Assembly (NCBI GenBank): GCA_963806855.1
Contig: CAWDYW010000001.1
Coordinates: forward strand, 64,001-128,000
Direction: 5' to 3'
DNA length: 64,000 bases
DNA from: an uncultured Verrucomicrobiae bacterium
GTDB lineage: Bacteria; Chlamydiota; Chlamydiia; Chlamydiales; Rhabdochlamydiaceae
The notes under the pieces were generated by a model. That model saw only the letters and a list, made by a program, of their open reading frames with translations, did no database searches and was not told the DNA's origin. The stretch's first letter is position 1. Every line of letters starts with the position of its first letter. Position numbers and translations under genes: made by a program. Shown piece after piece: positions 19,663 through 29,598 of this stretch.

Positions 19663-21873
19663 ATGGATTCAGTTCAGGATAAAAAAAATAAAAAGGTGGA
19701 CATGGGGTACTTGGTTGATTTTGAAAAAGCAATCGCCAACCACGATGCGCCTGCGATTTTGCGTCTCTGGGAGGAATATACCTCTTCAGATGAAGTAGAT
19801 GGCGAAGATTTTCGGGCAATTCTCGAGGCTGTCAAGAAGTCTGATCTGCGCGATTATATCGGACGCCACATGGAGCGCGCGCTCCCACTCTGGGAAAAAA
19901 TAAAGAATGAGGAGCTTGCAGACGATATTCTCCGCTTGATGGTCGATCTTCAGACATTAAATAGCGATCTTCTGCGACAACTCACATTCGCTCATCTTGA
20001 GAAAAAATTTGGGCAAGACAAACTTTTCAACGAAAAGATGCGTCTGATCGGCCTGCGCGGCGAAAAAGGGGATTTTAAAGGGGCGATCGGCCATTTTCTC
20101 CTTCTCAATCACATGCAAAAAGGAAATTTTGTTTTCCATACTCTTGGATGGGGCGTGGGCGAGATCATGGATGTCTCTATGCTCCGCGAACAACTGAGCC
20201 TGGAGTTCGACTATGCTCCTGGACGAAAAGACATGTCGTTCAAGATAGTCTTTACAACCCTAATTCCAATCCCGAAAACCCACTTTCTCGCAGAGCGATT
20301 TGGCAATCCAGATGCTTTGGAAGAAAAAGCGAAACAAAATCCGGTTGAGCTGATCCGCAGATTGCTCAAGGATCTCGGACCAAAAACTGCTGCTGAAATC
20401 AAAGATGAACTCTGCGAACTCGTCATCCCAGAAAATGAGTGGAACCGCTGGTGGCAGACAGCTCGTACAAAACTGAAAAAAGATACTCATATTGAAAGTC
20501 CCTCTGATTTGAAAATGCCCTTCCGGCTGCTGAAGGAGGAGATTTCTCATGAAGAACGGCTCCAGGCTGAACTCGAAAAGAAACCCGACGCCGAGACTTT
20601 GATCCAAATGGTCTACGGCTTCTTGAAGGATTTCTCCGATACGCTGAAAAATGTTGCCTTCAAAGAGTCGCTGCTTGCCAAAATGAAAGAGCTGATTTCT
20701 TTCCAAGAGATTACTGCTGCCCAAGAGCTGCAAATCCACTTTTTCTTAGTTGATCTAAGCGGTGAAAAGGATTATCAAGCGATTCCTGAACTGCTCAAGA
20801 AAGTCGAATCGATCGAAAAATTGGTCGGGCAAATTTCGATTCAGTCGTTCAAAAAACGGGCCCTCATGCAGGTCCGCAAGTACAACACCAATTGGGAAGA
20901 GATCTTCCTCAATCTCCTCTTCACCGTCGAGCAGTCCCCCTTACGCGACTATATCCTTGGAGAGTTGCTGAAATCAAGCAAAGCAGCCGAGCTTAAAAAA
21001 CGGCTCGACGAGCTGTGTCACAATCCGCATCACTATCCTGAAATGATCATTTGGTATTTCCAAAAATGTCTCGAAGATCCCTCTCTTCCACATGGAACAC
21101 CCCAGGGGAAATCGACCGTTTTTGAAGCCTTTTTGGTCTCCCTAGGCTTCCTTGAGCAGAAAGGGGAACAGCGGGAACTCATCAAAAAGATGCATGGGAT
21201 CCTCGCTGCCAACCGATATGCGATCGTCCGCAATATCATGAAAGAGGCTAGTGTCACCGATGTGCAGGAATTCTTGCTCCTCATCTCCAAATGCCATTCG
21301 CTCTCCGACCATGATATCAAGATCTTCCACTCGCTAGCTGAAGTGGCCCACCCCTCCCTTGCCAAAAAGAAGAAAAAAACGAAGACAGAAGAAGAGGATG
21401 AGGTCATTTGGACAACTGCGGAAGGGTATAACCTCCTGCAGAAAAAGATCGAGCAGATTGGGACAGTCGAAACAGTCGAAAATGCCAAAGAGATCGAAAT
21501 CGCCAGAGCCCATGGCGACTTGAGAGAAAATGCCGAGTTCAAAGCAGCCCTTGAAAGACGGGATCGACTCCAATCGGAACTCAAATTCCTCTCGGATCAG
21601 CTCAACAAGAGCCGCATCCTTTCTAAGGACGATTTCGATACGAAGAAAGTGGGTATAGGGGCGATTGTCGACTGCAAAAGCGAAGATGGAGAGCTTGTCT
21701 CTTACACGATCCTCGGTCCTTGGGATGCAGATACCGACAAGAACATTCTTTCCTTTCAATCCAAATTGGCCAAGAGCATGGTCGACCTGAAAAAAGGCGA
21801 TACATTTGAGATTCAAGGGAAGCAATATACGATCTTGGATTTCCGCTCAGCGCTTATAGTTAGGGCTGTTTAA
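19663..21873 (+). CDS. greA: Transcription elongation factor GreA, chlamydial N-terminally extended form
   Basis: C-terminal ARAHGDLRENAEFKAA and YTILGPWDAD; ~580-aa N-terminal extension. Confidence 0.93.
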   Translation: MDSVQDKKNKKVDMGYLVDFEKAIANHDAPAILRLWEEYTSSDEVDGEDFRAILEAVKKSDLRDYIGRHMERALPLWEKIKNEELADDILRLMVDLQTLNSDLLRQLTFAHLEKKFGQDKLFNEKMRLIGLRGEKGDFKGAIGHFLLLNHMQKGNFVFHTLGWGVGEIMDVSMLREQLSLEFDYAPGRKDMSFKIVFTTLIPIPKTHFLAERFGNPDALEEKAKQNPVELIRRLLKDLGPKTAAEIKDELCELVIPENEWNRWWQTARTKLKKDTHIESPSDLKMPFRLLKEEISHEERLQAELEKKPDAETLIQMVYGFLKDFSDTLKNVAFKESLLAKMKELISFQEITAAQELQIHFFLVDLSGEKDYQAIPELLKKVESIEKLVGQISIQSFKKRALMQVRKYNTNWEEIFLNLLFTVEQSPLRDYILGELLKSSKAAELKKRLDELCHNPHHYPEMIIWYFQKCLEDPSLPHGTPQGKSTVFEAFLVSLGFLEQKGEQRELIKKMHGILAANRYAIVRNIMKEASVTDVQEFLLLISKCHSLSDHDIKIFHSLAEVAHPSLAKKKKKTKTEEEDEVIWTTAEGYNLLQKKIEQIGTVETVENAKEIEIARAHGDLRENAEFKAALERRDRLQSELKFLSDQLNKSRILSKDDFDTKKVGIGAIVDCKSEDGELVSYTILGPWDADTDKNILSFQSKLAKSMVDLKKGDTFEIQGKQYTILDFRSALIVRAV

Positions 21874-21933
21874 CGTAAAGGCGCAAGACGAAAAAAAAGG
21901 AATTTTTTTATCTTTGTGTCTTGGCGCCCTGGC
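21870..21933. repeat. Degenerate REP-like hairpin, same family as 719-773
   Basis: TTAACGTAAAGGCGCAAGACGAAAA...TCTTTGTGTCTTGGCGCCCTGGC, between convergent genes. Confidence 0.55.
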
Positions 21934-21953
21934 ACTGAAACTCTTAGAGTAGT

Positions 21954-22463
21954 CTATTTTGTTTTGGCCTTGACTTTCGCATTCACAGTTTCTGGCCATG
22001 AGCTTTCGTAAAGATTCAGATTAGCCTTAAAATACCATGCTAGCGAGTCCCAGAGTTGAGTAGGTAACCCACCGGGGAATATAGAGATAATCCTGAGCTA
22101 GTGTTGAGCAGACCATCATAATACTTGCTTCGACTGCTGAATTGAGTGAAAGAACAGCAACATTTTTCAGCGAGCTCCCAGAATCTGAAAGATACGAATT
22201 GCATTTAAAGAGAACCTCATGGGGAAGGGCGAAAATAAACGTTGTAATGGCTGCAACAGGAGGGGTCACCCAAGAGTACGCAGATGTTAGATTGATCGAG
22301 AGAGACAATCGCGAGAGGCAAAGCTGGGCCGACCAAAATGTCCTATCCCTTTAATTTTTCTATAGGACTCATTTTTATCCTCCCATACCCTCTTTTCAAT
22401 CGAAGCTTCATCGCCCTTGTAAGTATTATAAAACCAGCCAGCGTTCTTTAGAGTTACTGCCAT
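21954..22463 (-). CDS. Hypothetical membrane protein, frameshifted (assembly error or pseudogene)
   Basis: AGGAGG RBS and ATG at 22463; hydrophobic ORF pieces including 22027-22308 can be joined by removing single bases, ending ...AKVKAKTK* at 21954. Confidence 0.45.
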
Positions 22464-22552
22464 ATTACCCTCCTGAGGAAGTAAAGTTATACTGGAAGAG
22501 GCGGATTTATTTCTACCTTTACAGCACGATTTGTAAATGTTATCTTAAATTC

Positions 22553-23155
22553 ATGAAGTTGATCATCGCCAGCCAGAACGTCCACAAGATCCGGGAATTC
22601 CGCTCAATGCTCCGTGGCAATACAAAGCTCGATCTTTTCTCCCTCATCGATTTCCCCGATTATACTCTACCGCCAGAGGATGGGGCATCATTTGAAGAAA
22701 ATGCAATTATCAAAGCGACCGATGCAGCCAAGATGCTTGATGAATGGGTGATTGCCGATGATTCGGGTCTCGTGATTCCAGCCCTTGATGGAGCTCCTGG
22801 CATTTTCTCCTCGCGCTATGCAGGGGAAAAAGCGACCGAAAAAGAAAACCGAAAAAAACTGCTGAGTGAGATGAGCGATTTAAAGGAAGATCAGCGCAAT
22901 GGCTATTATGAGTGCTGCATCGCCTTGGCATCGCCCGAAGGATTAGTCAAAAGCGCCTCAGCGCGCTGTGAAGGGACGATCCTCGATAAAGAGCGGGGCG
23001 GTCAGGGCTTCGGCTACGACAGCCTATTTAAAAAGCATGACTACAACAAGACCTTTGCTGAACTCGAAGAAGAAGTGAAGAACCGGATCTCCCATCGACG
23101 AAAGGCTCTAGACAAAATCCTCCTGCACTTGGAGAGCAGTGTCTTTTCTCATTGA
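22553..23155 (+). CDS. rdgB: dITP/XTP pyrophosphatase (HAM1 family)
   Basis: ASQNVHKIRE, FEENAIIKA, ADDSGL, APGIFSSRY, GFGYD, KNRISHR. Confidence 0.96.
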   Translation: MKLIIASQNVHKIREFRSMLRGNTKLDLFSLIDFPDYTLPPEDGASFEENAIIKATDAAKMLDEWVIADDSGLVIPALDGAPGIFSSRYAGEKATEKENRKKLLSEMSDLKEDQRNGYYECCIALASPEGLVKSASARCEGTILDKERGGQGFGYDSLFKKHDYNKTFAELEEEVKNRISHRRKALDKILLHLESSVFSH

Positions 23156-23624
23156 CGGCTATAATTTCTTATTCCGGATCGAAGGACTAAAAAAAGGATC
23201 GCTTGAAAATCGGCGGCAGCACTTCATCGCAGTGCTCGATCAGGAGCTCGGCTGTTTCAAAGCGTCAGTTTTCATCATCTTCGATAGCTCCCAGCAACTG
23301 CACTCTTACGCCCAATGTGCCCATTATGAGCATCTCGACGTCCTCTACGCTCCGAAGGGGCAAAGCGCCGATGAATATATCCTCGAACTGATCGAAATCA
23401 GCCGCACCCCCAAAACCTTGACGGTGATCACCTCTGACACTGGACTAGCTCGTCAATGCCATGCTTTAGGAGCAAAGTCTTTGTCGATCGAAGATTTCAT
23501 GCTCCTCGTGGTCAAAAGGGGGAAAAAGGGGATCTGTCGACCCATTTCCTATCAGGAAACACCCGCTGAAATGGAGCGTCTTCTAAAAGCCTTTGAGAAG
23601 AAATTAAAAAACACTGAATTCTGA
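23139..23624 (+). CDS. YacP-like NYN domain protein
   Basis: FLIDGYN, IIFD, SADEYI, VITSD. Confidence 0.88.
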   Translation: MSFLIDGYNFLFRIEGLKKGSLENRRQHFIAVLDQELGCFKASVFIIFDSSQQLHSYAQCAHYEHLDVLYAPKGQSADEYILELIEISRTPKTLTVITSDTGLARQCHALGAKSLSIEDFMLLVVKRGKKGICRPISYQETPAEMERLLKAFEKKLKNTEF

Positions 23625-23870
23625 GAAGAGTTTTTCCGCTTTTGTGATCTGCATGTCAATGCTGACGATGAGCTTACCAAAGACATTGCGGAGTTTGGCG
23701 ATCAGCTCTTCAACCTCTTTCCTCCCTCCCTGGGCGATGATTTCCACGGTCCCATCGGCGCAATTTCGTACGGTACCCTTCAAACCAAGTTCATGGGCAA
23801 AGGCGGCAGTCGTCGCACGAAAGCCCACTCCATGGACCCGTCCATAAACTTTAGCCTTTAATTCGATCAT
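23604..23870 (-). CDS. acyP: Acylphosphatase
   Basis: VYGRVHGVGFR, GTVRNCADGTVE. Confidence 0.93.
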   Translation of the reverse strand: MIELKAKVYGRVHGVGFRATTAAFAHELGLKGTVRNCADGTVEIIAQGGRKEVEELIAKLRNVFGKLIVSIDMQITKAEKLFSEFSVF

Positions 23871-24856
23871 CGCTCTTCCCAATCGATGGAGCGGAGTGTC
23901 GCGGCCACCTCTTGCAGATTTTCAGCTTTGGCCACCATCTCTTTTAATTTTTTTACGCTGCTGCCCCCTTTTCTGAGGTACCAGGAGCCAATCCGTCGCA
24001 GATCGAGAAGAGCCTTTCTTTCTGGCTGATAGGTGAGAATCTGATCCAAATGGTCTAGAAACACATCGCGCACCTGATTTCCACTTCGCTCTTCAACTAT
24101 CTCTCCAAGGAAATGGCGAATGATATCTTCGATGAGCCAAGGGGCGCCAAATGTCCCGCGCGATAGGAGGACCCCATCGCAACCCGTTTGCGCAAACATC
24201 CTCTCGGCGCTGAGGTGATCGACCACATCGCCATTGCCAAAGACCGGCATCGCTTTGGCCGCCTTCTTGCATTCGGTGATGTAATCCCAGTTGGCGGGGC
24301 CATTATAGCCTTGCTCCCGCGTCCGCCCGTGGACAAAAATCGCTTTCGCCCCCGCCTTTTCCGCAATTTCAGTCACCAGAGGTCCGTTGATCGAATTCTC
24401 GTCCCATCCGGCCCGGATTTTCACCGTCACCGGAATTTTGACTGCCGCGATCATGTTCGAGAGGAGCTCGCCAATCAACTCTGGATGGCGCAAAAGACCA
24501 GAGCCGCTATTGTCCTTCGTCACCTTATCGACAGGGCAACCGCAATTGAGATCGACCATATCGAATCCGAGTTCTTCGATGATCTTTGCGCAAGGGCCAG
24601 CCAATTTGGGTTTACTTCCACATAGCTGTGCTCCAATCGGATGCATCGACCCATCGTAGTCAAGGATTCGATAGGTGTGGGGATCATGCCGGATCAGCGC
24701 ATCCATCTTGACCATTTCGCAAAAGATCATTCCAGGCCTATAGCTGCTGGTCATCCGCCGAAAGGGGAGGTCTGAGCAGCCAGCCAATGCAGAGCAGAAA
24801 ATATTATTGGGAAGCGAGAGGGAGCCTAATTGAAAAGGGGATTTAAAAAATAGCAT
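23867..24856 (-). CDS. dusB: tRNA-dihydrouridine synthase
   Basis: LAGCSDLPFR, DLNCGCP, VTVKIRAGWD, VHGRTREQGY, GNGD. Confidence 0.93.
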   Translation of the reverse strand: MLFFKSPFQLGSLSLPNNIFCSALAGCSDLPFRRMTSSYRPGMIFCEMVKMDALIRHDPHTYRILDYDGSMHPIGAQLCGSKPKLAGPCAKIIEELGFDMVDLNCGCPVDKVTKDNSGSGLLRHPELIGELLSNMIAAVKIPVTVKIRAGWDENSINGPLVTEIAEKAGAKAIFVHGRTREQGYNGPANWDYITECKKAAKAMPVFGNGDVVDHLSAERMFAQTGCDGVLLSRGTFGAPWLIEDIIRHFLGEIVEERSGNQVRDVFLDHLDQILTYQPERKALLDLRRIGSWYLRKGGSSVKKLKEMVAKAENLQEVAATLRSIDWEER

Positions 24857-25109
24857 TAACGAACCCAAGGATCATCCGTTCGAGGATTTGTAAGGCAAAA
24901 AAGGCGAGCATCGGACTTAAATCGAAAGCCCCGCCGATCGGAGGGATAATGCGCCGAAAGATGTTGAGATAGGGATCGGTCAACCAACGGGCAAACCGCA
25001 TGATCGGGTGATAGGCGTATTTAGGGAGCCAGGAGCCGATGATTCGGACGAGAATCACTAAAGTATAGGCAAAGAAAATCCAATGGATTGCTTTCAATAA
25101 ATAGATCAT
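24843..25109 (-). CDS. yggT: YggT family membrane protein
   Basis: LTDPYLNIFRRIIPPIGGAFDLSP. Confidence 0.92.
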   Translation of the reverse strand: MIYLLKAIHWIFFAYTLVILVRIIGSWLPKYAYHPIMRFARWLTDPYLNIFRRIIPPIGGAFDLSPMLAFFALQILERMILGFVNAIF

Positions 25110-25184
25110 AAGAATCATTATAGCACATAAACCTTTTCGCAAAAACCTCTTCTTCGAGTATCATAGAATAACTAGGATCTGCAA

Positions 25185-26606
25185 ATGTTTTTTTTAGGCA
25201 CCCATTCGGCAAAAAACGCCGCCATTCGTAAAGAAAAAAATTCAATCCGAATTGAGCATCTCGGTGATGATGTAAACCCGCTTTACAATAGCGCTGAAAT
25301 CGTCACTGGCCTTGAAACACGCGACGTGCTCCTGCGCAATTTAACCCTCAAGCTCAAGTCGAAGCGAGAAATTTTGGCAGCCCTGCCGTTCCAAGTCGAA
25401 CACCTTCTCCCATACTCCCAAGAGGAGCTCATCCTTCTACCCACGCTATATCCCAAAGAAGGGGAAACTGAAGTCTTTTTATTGGCCACCTCGCAAAGCA
25501 CCCTAGAGCGGCATCTTGCCGATATGAATTCCCTCGGCATCGACCCCGATATTGTCTCCGCCGTTCCTCTGGCCCTCTTCCGCTTTGCAACCCATTTTTT
25601 TTCCGAACATCCCTCTCTATTCGTCTACCACTGCGATGAAGATGAACACACCTTCGTCATCATTAAAGAGGGGAGGCTCTATGCGTCCCAGGTGCAACGA
25701 ACTGAAGATCTCGACCGGATGTGCGCCTACATGCAGAAAAAATTTCCCGAGATCCAATCGATTCTCCATACCGGAATCGACAATCTCCCCACCCCCTTTA
25801 TTCCGATTGAATTTGACGACCCACTGCATGCCGAATATGCGATCCCCATCGGCCTGGCTCTCGATGCCGCCAAAGGAGATCAGCAAAGTGGGCAATTTCG
25901 TCAGGTAAGCCTATCAAAAAAAGAGACCAAAAAAAGGAAAACAAGACTCTTCACCTTTTTAGCAGTCTGCGGCGCCTTTATTTTTTCGACCCTCTTTTTT
26001 GGCCACTTCCACTTGACCAAGAAGGAAAATGCCGCTCTAGCCGCTTTGGGATGCCCAAAAGGAGCGCGTCTAAAGAATGAGGTCGCGCAACTCTACTCAT
26101 CACTTCAATCGCCGAAAAAATCGCATCTGCGCATTGCGACAATCCCAAAAGTTCATGAAGTGCTCACCTGGCTCAGCACCCATCCAGCGCTCCCCGAAGA
26201 GAGCTCGATCACCCGCCTGCGCTATGATCTCGCCACCGCGCCTACGCTCGGCTCCCAAGTCAAAACTTATGCGGCGACAGTCGATCTAGAATTGACAATG
26301 CCCTCTGCACGAGCTGCGAGGAACTTCCATGAAGCCCTTTTAAAAGATGCGATGGTCGATCAGAAAAATCCGATACAATGGAGTGGCGACCATGGGATCT
26401 ACCGGACGAAATTTTATTTATACCCCGCCTCGCCCAAAAGTGTGAATTTGGACCGCGCCAAAGCCTCGGGGTTCAACTGTTTTTCCGAGGGTTGTATGTA
26501 TTCGATACTACCCTCGGAAAAACAGCTGAACCGCGAGAGCTTTCGCGTGGGTCCAAATTCACACTTTTTGGCGAGTCGGGGTATTAAGGCGAGAATATTA
26601 AAGTGA
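25185..26606 (+). CDS. PilM/GspL-like chlamydial protein with a palindromic element in its C-terminus
   Basis: EILAALPFQVEHLLPY, GIDPDIVS, YAIPIGLAL, one TM segment; follows yggT. Confidence 0.7.
   Translation: MFFLGTHSAKNAAIRKEKNSIRIEHLGDDVNPLYNSAEIVTGLETRDVLLRNLTLKLKSKREILAALPFQVEHLLPYSQEELILLPTLYPKEGETEVFLLATSQSTLERHLADMNSLGIDPDIVSAVPLALFRFATHFFSEHPSLFVYHCDEDEHTFVIIKEGRLYASQVQRTEDLDRMCAYMQKKFPEIQSILHTGIDNLPTPFIPIEFDDPLHAEYAIPIGLALDAAKGDQQSGQFRQVSLSKKETKKRKTRLFTFLAVCGAFIFSTLFFGHFHLTKKENAALAALGCPKGARLKNEVAQLYSSLQSPKKSHLRIATIPKVHEVLTWLSTHPALPEESSITRLRYDLATAPTLGSQVKTYAATVDLELTMPSARAARNFHEALLKDAMVDQKNPIQWSGDHGIYRTKFYLYPASPKSVNLDRAKASGFNCFSEGCMYSILPSEKQLNRESFRVGPNSHFLASRGIKARILK
26421..26583. 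mobile_element. Palindromic MITE-like element A (163 bp)
   Basis: TACCCCGCCTCGCCCAAAAGTGTGAATTTGGACC ... GGTCCAAATTCACACTTTTTGGCGAGTCGGGGTA; inner arms CTGTTTTTCCGAGGGT / ACCCTCGGAAAAACAG; flanked by TTA on both sides. Confidence 0.88.
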
Positions 26607-27172
26607 AACAACTGCAGTCTCAGCTCAAATTTTACCTCACCCACCCTCTCGCCTGGATCATCGGGGGAGTCGCCTGCTGCCTCCTTACCCTGCTCTATCA
26701 CATCACCGCAGAGCAAAAACTGACTCGACTCACAGAGGCGGCGCTACAGCTAAAAAGGAGACAAACCTGGACGGCAGAGAAGGATCACATAGAAAAGAAA
26801 CTGCTCCAGCAACTCAAAGTAGCCGATCGGGACTATATTGAAAAAGAGCTTGAGAGCCTCCATTTTCTAAACGCAAAAAATATCCAAAGCGATTCCAACA
26901 CATTCCACTTCCGCGAGCAAAATTTTCAACGACTTGAAAACTACCAAGAGGTCGAGGTCATCCAAGACCATCCAGTCGAAATGAATCGGAATGATTTAAA
27001 AAAAGTGCTCGCCCGGATCGAAAACAGAGCGATCGGCCCCTTCTACCCTGGAGCAAATCCCCCCGATTTGTTGATTAAGAAATTTGAGCTAATAAAAAAA
27101 CCGATGAGTTCGACAGAAGAGACCTATCTGATCAATTTAGAACTCACCAAATTTGAGATGGTTCATGAATAA
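26603..27172 (+). CDS. Conserved hypothetical protein with N-terminal TM segment (PilN/PilO-like position)
   Basis: GTG start, single TM segment plus coiled coil, operonic with its neighbours. Confidence 0.7.
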   Translation: MKQLQSQLKFYLTHPLAWIIGGVACCLLTLLYHITAEQKLTRLTEAALQLKRRQTWTAEKDHIEKKLLQQLKVADRDYIEKELESLHFLNAKNIQSDSNTFHFREQNFQRLENYQEVEVIQDHPVEMNRNDLKKVLARIENRAIGPFYPGANPPDLLIKKFELIKKPMSSTEETYLINLELTKFEMVHE

Positions 27173-28436
27173 AGTCACGCTTACCTTCCTTCTCCTTTTA
27201 GCCTTATCTGCGGGTTGCCGCTCCCAGACTGACACCAGCAACACGATCGTCAGCATGCAAACCTCAGATCGAAACGGCTTCTCCGAGACAATCAGTACCA
27301 AAGACCGCCTCGCCGTCTACCAAAACGTCAATTTCTTAGCCTCCCAGCCCTATGAAAAAGTGATGCGAGTCTATAAGAAAGATAGAGAAGGGAAGAGCCA
27401 TGCCAAGCTGACAAGCTACCACCAGAACGGCGGGATTTGGCAATACCTGGAAGTGGTCGACAACCGAGCCAATGGCCGCTTTCTCCAGTGGCATGAAAAT
27501 GGGAAACAGATGATCGAGGGAACCATCATCGAAGGGATGGCCGATTTAAGCGAACTCGCCCAACAGAGCTGGCTCTTCGACAAAGAATGCAAAGTGTGGG
27601 ATGAAGAGGGCAACCTAGAAGCGCTCTTTACGTATGAAAAGGGATTGCTAACCGGCGAAGCAGTTTACTACTTTCCAAGTGGTAAAGTGGCCAAAATCAT
27701 TCCCTACACAAAAGGGATCATTAACGGCCTCCTCACCGCCTACGATGAAGAGGGCAATATCCTGCAGCAGATCCCGTTCAAAGATGGGCTCAAAGATGGA
27801 TCTGCCTTTGATTCCTGGGTTTACGGAGTGACGAAATCACAAGAATTCTATCAAAATGGACTCTTGCTCGAAGGGTCATATTTTGATCCCCGAGGTGGGC
27901 TCGTCTCCGAAATAAAAACTGGCAGCGGCACAAAAGCCCAGTTCACTGGGGACGAGCTCTTTAGTCTCACCCAATATCAAAATGGGATAGTTGACGGAGA
28001 GGTCAAAGAATTTAGCCCGACTGGAAAACTCCGCTGCTGCTATATGATTCGCGACGGGAAGAAAAATGGGGAAGAGAATGAGTATTATCCAGATGGGAAG
28101 ACACCCAAACTCATGCTAACCTGGGCGGGCGATCTGATCCAAGGGATGGTCAAAACCTGGTATAAAAATGGCATCGTCGAGAGCCAGCGGGAAATGACCG
28201 GGAACAAAAAACATGGCATCTGCTTGGCCTATTACAATACTGGGGAGCCAATGTTGATGGAAGAGTATGAAAACGACAAGCTCATCAAAGGCTCCTATTT
28301 CAAAAAGGGGGAGAAGCATCCTGTCTCGACCATCGAGAATGGAGCGGGAGTTGCAACCCTCTATACACCTGAAGGGCAATTGCTCAAGAAAGTGAACTAC
28401 GAGAAAAGCAAGCCCGTTTTGAATAGCCAAAATTAA
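27165..28436 (+). CDS. MORN-variant repeat (YwqK-like) lipoprotein
   Basis: Lipobox LSAGC; repeated Y/W-x-x-NG and G-x-x-x-G units. Confidence 0.85.
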   Translation: MNKVTLTFLLLLALSAGCRSQTDTSNTIVSMQTSDRNGFSETISTKDRLAVYQNVNFLASQPYEKVMRVYKKDREGKSHAKLTSYHQNGGIWQYLEVVDNRANGRFLQWHENGKQMIEGTIIEGMADLSELAQQSWLFDKECKVWDEEGNLEALFTYEKGLLTGEAVYYFPSGKVAKIIPYTKGIINGLLTAYDEEGNILQQIPFKDGLKDGSAFDSWVYGVTKSQEFYQNGLLLEGSYFDPRGGLVSEIKTGSGTKAQFTGDELFSLTQYQNGIVDGEVKEFSPTGKLRCCYMIRDGKKNGEENEYYPDGKTPKLMLTWAGDLIQGMVKTWYKNGIVESQREMTGNKKHGICLAYYNTGEPMLMEEYENDKLIKGSYFKKGEKHPVSTIENGAGVATLYTPEGQLLKKVNYEKSKPVLNSQN

Positions 28437-28452
28437 AGAAATGCTGTATTAA

Positions 28453-29133
28453 ATGGAACTTATGAAGAAGTTTCCGTTTACCGGCTATTACAGTTATCTG
28501 CTCATTCTTTTCGCACTTGTTTTTGCATTGAGGCCCTATAATAGCGGATTTGCCTACATTGCCTGCTGGAAAGCCCTCTTCAGTATCACCTTCATTGCCG
28601 CGATTTTCAACGTCAAACACCACCGCTATGTGAAATACCTATCGATAATCATAGGAGCCCCAACCCTCGTTTACAGCTGGATCGAACTGTTTTACCCATC
28701 CGAAACTACCTTTGTCATCTTTATACTTCTCGCCATCGCCTTTATGACGGTTGCAAGCACATCAACTGTCTATGACGTCATCCTGAGCGCCCGCGTCACT
28801 TTGGAGACGCTGCGTGGGGTCGTTTGCGCTTACTTCATGGTCGCCCTTACCTTTGCCTATATTTATTATCTGATCGAATACCTGATACCGGGCTCCTTCC
28901 ACCTGATTGTGCGCGACCCGGAATTTTTCACCTACAGCCGCGACCTGTCCCAACTCATCTACTTTAGCTTCATAACTCTGCTGACTATTGGATTTGGCGA
29001 CATCACACCCATTTTGGATATCAGCCAAACCTTTACCATACTGGAAGGGATCATCGGCCAATTTTACATCGCGATTTTGGTCGCCCGAATCGTCGCTGTC
29101 TATTCATATGATAGGAAAATCAAGAGAGTTTGA
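28453..29133 (+). CDS. Potassium channel family protein (Ion_trans_2)
   Basis: YFSFITLLTIGFGDITP pore helix and filter; EGIIGQFY. Confidence 0.9.
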   Translation: MELMKKFPFTGYYSYLLILFALVFALRPYNSGFAYIACWKALFSITFIAAIFNVKHHRYVKYLSIIIGAPTLVYSWIELFYPSETTFVIFILLAIAFMTVASTSTVYDVILSARVTLETLRGVVCAYFMVALTFAYIYYLIEYLIPGSFHLIVRDPEFFTYSRDLSQLIYFSFITLLTIGFGDITPILDISQTFTILEGIIGQFYIAILVARIVAVYSYDRKIKRV

Positions 29134-29136
29134 GAT

Positions 29137-29598
29137 CTATTGACTGGCCGATTCGCTTTGCGAGCCTTCTTCAGCCGGCGCCTCATTTTGCCAATGGAGC
29201 TGCTCGTCATTTGGATTGGACCCATAGGGAGAGGCCGGTTTTTTTGGTGGCGGCTTGCAATAGCGGACCCCATCGGAGTTCTCCGCGATGGCGAGCCCTC
29301 CTGACGGGACAAAAGAAGAAACCCCAAATTCATCCCCATCCAAACAGATCCAGTGGACCATATAAGGTGTTTGAGAATAAGTTGGATTGGGCTGGAAAGC
29401 ATTGCTATTGGGACCAAATGCGACATAGCCCCCATTCCAAGTACTATATTTGTTCGGCAAAACGACCATCTCGCCTAGATAGGTCCCATCGCTGGCTCGA
29501 ATGACCACGCGCAGTTTATAGGGACTATCATTATGCAGCCTGACAGTCCCTGCAAAAAGAGCCGACCCGCAAAGAAGCAATATCAGTATTTTTTTCAT
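29137..29598 (-). CDS. Exported hypothetical protein
   Basis: Signal peptide MKKILILLLCGSALFA; coupled to the oppA stop. Confidence 0.8.
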   Translation of the reverse strand: MKKILILLLCGSALFAGTVRLHNDSPYKLRVVIRASDGTYLGEMVVLPNKYSTWNGGYVAFGPNSNAFQPNPTYSQTPYMVHWICLDGDEFGVSSFVPSGGLAIAENSDGVRYCKPPPKKPASPYGSNPNDEQLHWQNEAPAEEGSQSESASQ

